Positions 25,511-32,000 of a stretch of 32,000 nt of DNA are shown piece by piece (the first letter of the stretch is position 1; each line of letters starts with the position of its first letter). Source of the stretch: Nakamurella flavida. Its GTDB lineage: Bacteria > Actinomycetota > Actinomycetes > Mycobacteriales > Nakamurellaceae. The DNA lies in assembly GCF_030811475.1 (NCBI RefSeq), contig NZ_JAUSQV010000001.1, positions 3,920,880 through 3,952,879 of the forward strand, given 5' to 3'. The position numbers and the translations under genes are program-made. The notes under the pieces were generated by a model. It had not been told where the DNA came from, searched no databases, and saw only the letters and a program-made list of their open reading frames with translations.

Positions 25511-26341
25511 TCAGCCTCCAATCTCTCCCTTGGAGTCATATGCTCGGTAGAAGCCAATCTCAAATTTCTGTACCGTTTGCTGCGAGTCAATATCATGAGA
25601 CCATTCCTCGAGTAAGACGTGCGCAGGCTCCCAATCGCGGCCATGACGGCCTGGCGAGACAACCGAGCCCCCCTCAGGAAACATGTAATCCCCCGTGGGT
25701 AACGCCAGGATTTCTCGGATCGGTACGTCTCGCATTGGAACAAAATCCTCCTCGGTGAGGAAGTCAAGCGATGGCCACTCGCGCAGCTTGAGTCCGGGTA
25801 CCCGTTTTCCGCGGTTTCCGTGATCTTTCAATCGCTCCTCGTTGCAGAAGACGACGGTCGAAGTCGCCTGGTCCAGGTAGAATTCGACGTAGTAATTTGC
25901 GAGCTGGTCAATCCATCTCACTCGGTTCAAGAGTGTTTTTCGGTCCTTGTACCAGAGGTTGAAATGGACCATGAGCTCAGCACCCTTGTGAGATGACGAT
26001 CGCTTGTATTTCTGAACACTCTTAATGCTCGCCGGCCCTGACCGTTGCGAGACCGTCTCAGTACGGCGGATGAAAAAATATATCGGGATTTTTGCACCAA
26101 GAGGTGGAAGCTCGACCTGTCTTGGTTTCTCCGCTGTGCCCATGGGCCCGAGCACCACCCCCGCGGAGGCTAAAGCCTCCTCTGGTTCGGAATCGACAAA
26201 CAAGGGCAGAGTCATGGGAAGATGCCCAGTGACTTTCTCGTCAGAGCACTTTTCCCATCCTTGCAAACAGCCACCGCACAGGCCGCCCGCTTCGGGCTCT
26301 AGTCTGCCCTGGCACCGGAGGCAGGCCGCAAAATCCCACAT
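25511..26341 (-). CDS. Orphan 276-aa protein: N-terminal four-Cys zinc ribbon plus an unrecognised ~240-aa domain
   Basis: A 276-codon open frame in ~45% G+C DNA is very unlikely by chance. C7-x2-C10-x11-C22-x2-C25 (ACLRCQGRLEPEAGGLCGGC). AAGG lies ~10 nt upstream of the ATG at 26341. The stop is embedded in a GGAGGC/GCCTCC hairpin followed by GCACGTTTTCGTT on the minus strand. Confidence 0.7.
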   Translation of the reverse strand: MWDFAACLRCQGRLEPEAGGLCGGCLQGWEKCSDEKVTGHLPMTLPLFVDSEPEEALASAGVVLGPMGTAEKPRQVELPPLGAKIPIYFFIRRTETVSQRSGPASIKSVQKYKRSSSHKGAELMVHFNLWYKDRKTLLNRVRWIDQLANYYVEFYLDQATSTVVFCNEERLKDHGNRGKRVPGLKLREWPSLDFLTEEDFVPMRDVPIREILALPTGDYMFPEGGSVVSPGRHGRDWEPAHVLLEEWSHDIDSQQTVQKFEIGFYRAYDSKGEIGG

Positions 26342-26491
26342 CTGACCGACCTTAGCCAGGCGCGGCCAGAACTGTAGGGCACTCGTACAACGTGCGTGTT
26401 GTCCTCACCTTGGGCGGCCTTAGCCCGCCCCGACGTGCCGTCTCGCTAAAGAGGGCTCGGACAGGCGGCAGACCCAAGTTGATCTTCGCTG

Positions 26492-26513
26492 GTCCGCAGA
26501 AAGTCCGCAAGAA
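26492..26513 (+). repeat. Right copy of the 22-bp direct repeat
   Basis: GTCCGCAGAAAGTCCGCAAGAA has one mismatch to 24908-24929. It lies in the 374-bp non-coding gap between the orphan gene and the TA module. Confidence 0.7.
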
Positions 26514-26691
26514 GGCCGTGACAGCCCGTTTCTGCCCCTTCCTCCCAAACGGTCGGCGTGCACATCCTCCAAGATCAGGACATGTAAACGTCACTACCCG
26601 ACGCTACCCAACGACCCCCTGCGACGTCCCGCTTCAACGTCTGACCGAGTCGGGCGTCGTTGGTCGTCCTCGGAAGCGTTTCTTCGGTCGT

Positions 26692-26708
26692 GGTAGCACG
26701 GTGCTACC
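26692..26708. promoter_or_regulatory. Palindromic candidate operator of the TA operon
   Basis: GGTAGCAC-G-GTGCTACC has perfect 8-bp arms and ends 7 nt before the antitoxin ATG (26716). This is the usual location for autoregulation by RHH antitoxins. Confidence 0.5.
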
Positions 26709-26715
26709 GTGATGC

Positions 26716-27075
26716 ATGGCCAGGACCAGTCAGCCCACCCGCCTCCCGGCCGACATCTATGACGCTGCGGTGGCAGCGTCCGCGATCTCGTCGCGCTCGG
26801 CGGCGCAGCAGATCGCCCACTGGGCGCGCATCGGTCGTGAGCTGGAGATGTCCCCCCAGGTGAACCACCGGGCGATCAATCACGTTCTCGTCGGCGCCGG
26901 GTCCTATGACGCGCTGAGCGAGCAGGAGCAGGCCGTGGTTCGTCAGGAGTGGACCGAACGCGCGACGGCTCTCCGGGGAGAGCTGAACTACGCAGCCGGT
27001 TTCACTGCTGCAGGGGAGTCCTACTCGGAACTCGACGCCGACGGCAGTGTCGTCGTGCACCCGGCCCGCGACTGA
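26716..27075 (+). CDS. ParD-like (ribbon-helix-helix) type II antitoxin
   Basis: 119 aa. The N-terminal TRLPADIYDAAVAASAISSRSAAQQIAHWARIGRELE is an RHH-type DNA-binding module. The stop shares one base with the downstream ATG (TGATG). Confidence 0.72.
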   Translation: MARTSQPTRLPADIYDAAVAASAISSRSAAQQIAHWARIGRELEMSPQVNHRAINHVLVGAGSYDALSEQEQAVVRQEWTERATALRGELNYAAGFTAAGESYSELDADGSVVVHPARD

Positions 27076-27641
27076 TGCCTCTGCTGCACCTCCTCGCCGG
27101 TCCCGACGGTTCCGGGAAATCCAGCTATGTCGCAGATGTGCTGCTGCCCGCCACACGCCTGCCGTTCGTCAATGCCGACGAGATCGCGGCATCACACTGG
27201 CCGGAGAATCCTGCGGTGCACGCCTACGAGGCGGCGCAGATGGCCGAGGAACAGCGTCGGGCCCTCATCGCAGCGGGGACATCCTTCATCTCCGAGACTG
27301 TGTTCTCCCACCCGAGCAAGGTGCAGCTCGTCACCGACGCCGCCGGGGCCGGCTATCTGGTGCACCTGCACGTCGTCCTGGTTCCCGTCGAACTGACCGT
27401 GCAGCGGGTTCGTGAGCGTGTCCGGCGTGGTGGTCATGTCGTCCCCGAGTACAAGATCCGCGAGCGCTACGAGCGGCTCTGGTCTTACGTCCGAGACGCG
27501 ATCGTCGTGGCCGACATCGCAGAAGTGTTCGACAACACCAGTGCGGACGCCCCGTTCCGCTTGTGTGCGTCGTACCGGCACGGCGCACTCGAGGGTGCTC
27601 CGGAGTGGCCGGCCTGGACTCCCGCTGCCCTGTGCGGTTGA
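27075..27641 (+). CDS. Zeta-toxin-family / AAA_33-like P-loop kinase (putative toxin)
   Basis: 188 aa. MPLLHLLAGPDGSGKSSYV (Walker A at the extreme N-terminus), FVNADEIA, and a size and layout typical of zeta-toxin-domain proteins. It is translationally coupled to the antitoxin. Confidence 0.78.
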   Translation: MPLLHLLAGPDGSGKSSYVADVLLPATRLPFVNADEIAASHWPENPAVHAYEAAQMAEEQRRALIAAGTSFISETVFSHPSKVQLVTDAAGAGYLVHLHVVLVPVELTVQRVRERVRRGGHVVPEYKIRERYERLWSYVRDAIVVADIAEVFDNTSADAPFRLCASYRHGALEGAPEWPAWTPAALCG

Positions 27642-27821
27642 TCGGGCGGCACCGCCGCGCATGACGGTGGGGGGTGGCGCCCGGACCTGAACGGGCGCTG
27701 ATCGAACCGGGAAGTGAGCCGAGGAGTTGAACTCGCCGCACGCGAGGAATGGGTCCGGGTCCACTCGTGTTCGCACCAGGTACGGGCCACCCCCGTCATC
27801 GACGTGCGAACGAGGAGACCC

Positions 27822-28958
27822 ATGCCCGACAGCCCCACCCTGCCCACCGGCGACAACGCCGCCTACCGCGCCCCGACCCCGACCCGCACGCCGCCGGAGG
27901 GCGCGCACGCGCTGGTCGTCGGGGCCACCGGCATCACCGGGTCGGCGCTGATCGACGAGCTGGTCGAGGCCGGCTGGCGGACCACCGGGCTGTCCCGGCG
28001 TTCGCTGGACATCCCCGGCGCCGGGCACGTGGCCGCCGACCTGACCTCGTTGGACAGCCTGCAGAGCGCGCTGGACGGGCTCCAGCCCACGCACGTGTTC
28101 ATCACCGCGTGGTCACGGCAGGAGACCGAGGCGGAGAACGTCCGGGTCAACGGCGGCATGGTGCGCGACCTGCTCGCCGTCCTCGGCCCGCAGGGCTCGC
28201 TCCGGCACGTCACCCTGGTCACCGGGTTCAAGCACTACCTCGGGCCCTTCGAGGCGTACGGGATCGGCGAGCTGCCGGACACCCCGTTCCTGGAGGACGC
28301 CGAGCGCCGGCCGGTGGAGAACTTCTACTACGCGCAGGAGGACGAACTCACCGCAGCCGCTGCGGCGCACGGGTTCTCGTGGTCGGTGCACCGTGCCAGC
28401 ACCGTCTTCGGGCACGTGGTCGGCAACGCCATGAACATGGCCTCGACCCTCGGTGCCTACGCCGCGATCGTCAAGGCGACCGACCGGCCTTTCCTGTTCC
28501 CCGGATCGCAGGTCGCGTGGAACGGCGTCGTCGACATCACCGACGCGGAGTTGCTCGCCGACCACCAGCTCTGGGCGGCGACCACCCCGCAGGCGGCGGA
28601 CACCGAGTTCAACATCGTCGACGGCGACCTCGTGCGCTGGCGTCGGCTGTGGCCGCAGCTGGCCGAGTACTTCGGGGTCCGCGCGGAGGGGCCGGGGGAG
28701 ACCCCGGTGCCGCTGGAGGAGCAGATGGTCGGGGCCGAGGCCGTGTGGGAGAAGCTCGTCGCCGAGCACGATCTCGCCGAGCCCGATCTGTCCCGCGTCG
28801 CGTCCTGGTGGCACACCGACAGCGACCTGGGCCGGGAGACCGAGGTGTTCGGGGACATGACCCGCAGCCGGGTCGCCGGGTTCACCGGCTGGGTCAACAC
28901 CACCGGCTCCCTGCTGGACATGCTCGGCCGCTACCGCGCGGACCGCATCCTGCCCTGA
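27822..28958 (+). CDS. SDR-family oxidoreductase of the PRISE (progesterone 5-beta-reductase/iridoid synthase-like) type
   Basis: ATG 27822 with GGAGA 5 nt upstream. VVGATGITGSAL (Rossmann), THVFITAW...EAENVRVNG, GFKHYLGPFE, NFYYAQED and WSVHRAS all fit the PRISE family pattern. Confidence 0.85.
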   Translation: MPDSPTLPTGDNAAYRAPTPTRTPPEGAHALVVGATGITGSALIDELVEAGWRTTGLSRRSLDIPGAGHVAADLTSLDSLQSALDGLQPTHVFITAWSRQETEAENVRVNGGMVRDLLAVLGPQGSLRHVTLVTGFKHYLGPFEAYGIGELPDTPFLEDAERRPVENFYYAQEDELTAAAAAHGFSWSVHRASTVFGHVVGNAMNMASTLGAYAAIVKATDRPFLFPGSQVAWNGVVDITDAELLADHQLWAATTPQAADTEFNIVDGDLVRWRRLWPQLAEYFGVRAEGPGETPVPLEEQMVGAEAVWEKLVAEHDLAEPDLSRVASWWHTDSDLGRETEVFGDMTRSRVAGFTGWVNTTGSLLDMLGRYRADRILP

Positions 28959-29018
28959 CGTCCGTGCTCGCCCGCCCCGGTGGAAGCCGCCGGGGCGGGG
29001 GGGGATTTACGGACGTCA
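28956..29018. terminator. Two-tier hairpin spanning exactly from one stop codon to the convergent stop codon (candidate bidirectional terminator)
   Basis: The outer stem is TGACGTCCGT (28956-28965) with ACGGACGTCA (29009-29018). The inner stem is CCCGCCCCGG (28971-28980) with CCGGGGCGGG (28990-28999). TGA 28956-28958 is the + gene stop and TCA 29016-29018 is the - gene stop. Confidence 0.6.
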
Positions 29019-29837
29019 GTCCATCTGCATCCCGCCGTCGATGTTGATCGCCTGGCCGGTGATGTAGCTGGCGGCGTCGGAGGCGAGGAACAGGATCAGG
29101 TTGGCCACGTCGGCTTCGCTGGCCGGGCGGCCCATCGGGATGGCGTCGATCCACTCCTGGACGAGCTGGCCGGGCTGGTAGTCGCCGAGCTTGGCCGCCC
29201 ACGCGCCGTCCAGGTAGCCCCACATGTCGGTCATCACGATGCCCGGGCAGTAGGCGTTGACCCGGATGTCGTCCTTGGCGAGTTCCTTGGCCAGCGACTG
29301 GGTCAGGCCCATGACGCCGAACTTGCTGGCCGCGTAGTGCGGTGTGTAGATGAAGCCCTCGCGGGCCTGGGCACTGGCGGAGTTGAGGATGACCCCGCCG
29401 CCGCTGCGGCGCAGCCACGGCGCCGCCGCCCGGGCCACCACGAACGGCGCCACGGTGTTCACGTCGAGGATGCGGCGGAACTCGGTGGGGGTCAGATCCT
29501 GCAGGTACTCCACGCTGATGACGCCGGCGTTGTTGACGACGATGTCCAGGCGACCCCGTCGTTCGCCGATGGCATCGACCGCGGCGCCGACCTGGGCCTC
29601 GTCGGTGACGTCGACGATCGCGCCCTCGGCATCCAGCCCCATCTCCCGCAGCGACGCGGCCGCGGCCTCCACCCGCTCGTCACGGTCGAGAAGCACGACA
29701 CCGGCGCCGTTCTCGGCCAGAGACCGGGCGATGGCCAGGCCCATGCCGCGGCCGGCCCCGGTCACCAGCGCCACGCGCCCGGTGAAGTGGCCGGCGAAGA
29801 TCGCGGACGTCCGGGGGGCGGGGGTGGATGCGGTCAC
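29016..29837 (-). CDS. Classical short-chain dehydrogenase/reductase
   Basis: GTG 29837 is preceded by AGGAGGAG and overlaps the kinase stop (GTGA). TGAGRGMG cofactor motif, NNAG, and catalytic YAASK. 273 aa. The track ORF (460 aa) is over-extended. Confidence 0.9.
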   Translation of the reverse strand: MTASTPAPRTSAIFAGHFTGRVALVTGAGRGMGLAIARSLAENGAGVVLLDRDERVEAAAASLREMGLDAEGAIVDVTDEAQVGAAVDAIGERRGRLDIVVNNAGVISVEYLQDLTPTEFRRILDVNTVAPFVVARAAAPWLRRSGGGVILNSASAQAREGFIYTPHYAASKFGVMGLTQSLAKELAKDDIRVNAYCPGIVMTDMWGYLDGAWAAKLGDYQPGQLVQEWIDAIPMGRPASEADVANLILFLASDAASYITGQAINIDGGMQMD

Positions 29838-31363
29838 GGGGACTCCTCCTGGGGGGCGGGGCGAAAACGGGAACGGGCGACGGCATCGCGCCACGACCGG
29901 CGCCGTTCGGCGGCGGTCTCGGCGTCCAGCGCAGGTTCGAATGCCGTGCGGTCCCGGGGCATGTCCAGGCACTCGTCGGCGGTCCACAGGCCGCACCCGA
30001 GACCGGCCAGATGGGCGGCGCCGGTGGCGGAGAGCTCGGCGATGTTGCTGCGCAACAGATGTCGGCGGCTCAGGTCGGCCTGGGTCTGCATGAGCCAGTC
30101 GTTCTGGGCCGGGCCGCCGTCGGCCAGCACCGTGTCGACCGGCGTGCCGACCCTGGTCTCGACCGCGGCGAGCAGGTCCTCGGTCTGCAGGGCGATGGAC
30201 TCGAACGCGGCCCGGGCCAGATCGGCCGCGCTGGTGCCCAGGCCGAAACCGCTGACCGTGGCCACGGCCTGCTCGTCCCACCACGGCGCGCCCAGACCGG
30301 CGAAGGCGGGTACCAGGTTCACCCCGTGGGCCGTACCGGTCCCGGCCGCCAACGCGGCCAGTCGGGCCGGATCCGAGTCCAGCAACTTCGCGAGCCACAG
30401 CACGGTGGCCCCGGTGGACAGGATCGTGCCCTCCACCGCGAAGACCGGCTCCGGGTCCGCCCAGGCCAGGGTGCGCACCACCCCGCCGTCGGCCGGATCG
30501 GGAACTGCGCCCGCAGACGCACTCCCCGACAGCCCCATGACCGAACTGCCGCTGCCATGGGTGACCTTGACCTGTCCCGGCCCGCGGACGCCGTGCGCGT
30601 ACAGCGCGGCGTGCGAATCACCCAGAACGCCGTGCACCCGTACCCCCGCCGGCAGGCCCGGCACCCCGGTGATCGGCGCACTCGCGGCGCCGGACGGGAC
30701 GATCTCGGGCAGACACGCCGCGGGGATGTCGAACAGCTCGAGAAGCTCGTCGTCCCAGCGGAACCGGTCCAGGTTGAGCAGCTGGGTCCGGCCGGCGTTA
30801 CCGGCCTCGATGCGGTGCTCACCGGTGAGGGAGAACAGCAGCCAGGAGTCGACGGTGCCGACGGCGAGTTGTCCACTGCGCGCCTGCTCCCGGGTCGGGT
30901 CGATCTCGTCCAGCAGCCACCCGAGCTTCAACGCGGAGAACATCGGGTCCACCGGGAGGCCGGTGCTCGCCCGGATGCGGGTGTCCCAGCCCCGTTCCCG
31001 GAGGGTGGCGACCCGGCCGGCCGTGCGTCGGTCCTGCCAGCCGAGCATGGGACCCAGCGGTTCGCCGGTTTGCCGATCCCAGATCAGGGCCGATTCGCGC
31101 TGGTTGGTCAGGCCGAGCCCGCGCACCTCGACGCCGGGGACCGTGTCGAGAGCGGTGGTGATGGCCGTGACGACGCTGTCCCGGATCTCGGCCGGGTCCT
31201 GTTCGACCCAGCCCGGGCGGGGGTCCGACCGGCCGACCCGCACTGATGCCCGACCCAGGATCTCGCCGGCCTCGTCGACGACGACCGCCTTGGTCGCACT
31301 GGTGCCCTGATCGACCGCCACCACGACGGCCCGCAGGCCGCGCTGCTCCCCGCCCACCACCAC
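29834..31363 (-). CDS. FGGY-family carbohydrate kinase (glycerol/xylulose kinase-like)
   Basis: 509 aa. AVDQGTSATKAVVVD...PGWVEQDP (FGGY N-terminal signature) and the C-terminal FGGY domain (GGPAQNDWLMQ). Confidence 0.9.
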   Translation of the reverse strand: MVVGGEQRGLRAVVVAVDQGTSATKAVVVDEAGEILGRASVRVGRSDPRPGWVEQDPAEIRDSVVTAITTALDTVPGVEVRGLGLTNQRESALIWDRQTGEPLGPMLGWQDRRTAGRVATLRERGWDTRIRASTGLPVDPMFSALKLGWLLDEIDPTREQARSGQLAVGTVDSWLLFSLTGEHRIEAGNAGRTQLLNLDRFRWDDELLELFDIPAACLPEIVPSGAASAPITGVPGLPAGVRVHGVLGDSHAALYAHGVRGPGQVKVTHGSGSSVMGLSGSASAGAVPDPADGGVVRTLAWADPEPVFAVEGTILSTGATVLWLAKLLDSDPARLAALAAGTGTAHGVNLVPAFAGLGAPWWDEQAVATVSGFGLGTSAADLARAAFESIALQTEDLLAAVETRVGTPVDTVLADGGPAQNDWLMQTQADLSRRHLLRSNIAELSATGAAHLAGLGCGLWTADECLDMPRDRTAFEPALDAETAAERRRSWRDAVARSRFRPAPQEESP

Positions 31364-31458
31364 GCTCCCTCACGGCACAGTCGCCCGGGAGGACCTCTGC
31401 ACCCCGTCGCCGTTGACTGGATATGCGTGCACAGAATTACTATCGAGACAGGCTGGTG

Positions 31459-32000
31459 TCAAGTGCGGCGGGGGGTCAGGCCGACCAGGTAGTGGTCGAA
31501 AGCCTCATCGGTGCGGATGGTGTCGCCGGTCGCGGCCAGATCCAGCAACAGACCGCGGATGACGGCGAGCACGAGGGTGGCCAGCTCCGGTCGGCCGATG
31601 GTCCGCAGCCCCTCCGTCAGCAGGGGCAGCCAGTCCGTCGTCGCCTCCCGCGGGAAACCGGGCCACAGTCGCTGCCCGGTGCTGTCCCGCAACTGCTGCC
31701 CGAACATGCCAAGGTACGGCCGGCCACGCGGTCCGGTCATCTCCGCCCACGCCCGGCGGAGTGTCACGGGGTAGGGCTCACCCGCTCGGGCGGTCAGCAG
31801 CTCGCCGTAGAACTCCTGCTGGCGCCGGCGGGCCCGGTCCAGAACAGCGCGGAGCAGGGTGTCGCGGCTGCCGAAGTGGTAGATCAGCATCCGGGACGAC
31901 GTGCCCGCCGCGGCGGCCAGGGTCTCCAGCCGGTCGGGGAGGCCGTGCGCAAGAGCGTGATCGGTGCAGGCCTCGAGCAGGTGCCGGGCGATCTCCGGCT
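31459..32000 (-). CDS. TetR-family transcriptional regulator (5' end beyond the window)
   Basis: By hand translation the frame stays open upstream of the track ATG to the window edge. The HTH is LETLAAAAGTSSRMLIYHFGSRDTLL. It is divergent from or adjacent to the kinase-SDR operon. Confidence 0.85.
   Translation of the reverse strand, partial: PEIARHLLEACTDHALAHGLPDRLETLAAAAGTSSRMLIYHFGSRDTLLRAVLDRARRRQQEFYGELLTARAGEPYPVTLRRAWAEMTGPRGRPYLGMFGQQLRDSTGQRLWPGFPREATTDWLPLLTEGLRTIGRPELATLVLAVIRGLLLDLAATGDTIRTDEAFDHYLVGLTPRRT

Larger units (their letters stand above)
24862..27641. mobile_element. Decayed integrative/accessory islet downstream of ychF
   Basis: There is an abrupt composition shift right after the ychF stop. 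I counted 43% G+C for 25561-25620 and 47% for 26041-26100, against 75% for 12001-12060. The islet contains an integrase fragment, 22-bp direct repeats, orphan ORFs and a TA pair. The right boundary is uncertain because the TA module is near host G+C. Confidence 0.5.

Noticed and set aside
26352-26712. Track ORFs 26352..26594 (-) and 26392..26712 (+) in the islet intergenic gap
   Set aside because: Their translations are basic, low-complexity and Pro/Arg/Gly-rich. They have no SD and they overlap each other. The region is more plausibly regulatory, since it contains the right direct repeat, small hairpins and the TA operator.
24862-26715. Search for a tRNA/tmRNA gene as the integration target next to the integrase fragment and in the 374-bp gap
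   Set aside because: I could find no cloverleaf-compatible arms and no GGTTCGAATCC-like T-loop by eye. tRNAscan-SE or ARAGORN should still be run to confirm.

Overview
High-GC actinobacterial chromosomal segment (75% G+C in a 60-nt cysD line I counted, 12001-12060). I found no rRNA, tRNA or CRISPR array. Left part: housekeeping genes in an order that, from memory, resembles the mycobacterial fum-xseBA-ispH-ychF neighbourhood. These are fumC, a DUF4245-like membrane protein, xseB-xseA, an Rv1109c-like P/A/T-rich protein, ispH, a 4-TM protein and rmuC. Centre: a complete assimilatory sulfate-reduction locus in two units. Unit 1 is sirA, a CysX-like zinc-ribbon microprotein, cysH (Fe-S APS-reductase type), cysC, cysD and cysN, joined by five consecutive stop/start overlaps. 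Unit 2 is a NitT/TauT-type ABC importer followed by an fgd-family F420-dependent dehydrogenase that is GTGA-coupled to a sirohydrochlorin chelatase. Each unit is preceded by a short Cys-codon mini-ORF; the two are paralogous and look leaderless, so they are candidate cysteine-responsive attenuators. Next come a 1006-aa LAHTG-anchored alpha/beta hydrolase, an EamA transporter, a SAM methyltransferase and ychF. Directly after the ychF stop codon the composition drops (43-47% G+C in two lines I counted). This ~2.8 kb accessory islet holds a decayed tyrosine-integrase fragment, a pair of 22-bp iteron-like direct repeats 1.6 kb apart, a possible small membrane ORF, an orphan 276-aa zinc-ribbon protein of unrecognisable family, and a ParD-like/zeta-like toxin-antitoxin pair with a palindromic operator. 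The orphan protein is the best candidate for something undescribed, possibly a defence gene. Right end: a PRISE-like SDR, an FGGY kinase-SDR operon and a partial TetR regulator. Many long antisense ORFs in the track are high-GC artefacts.
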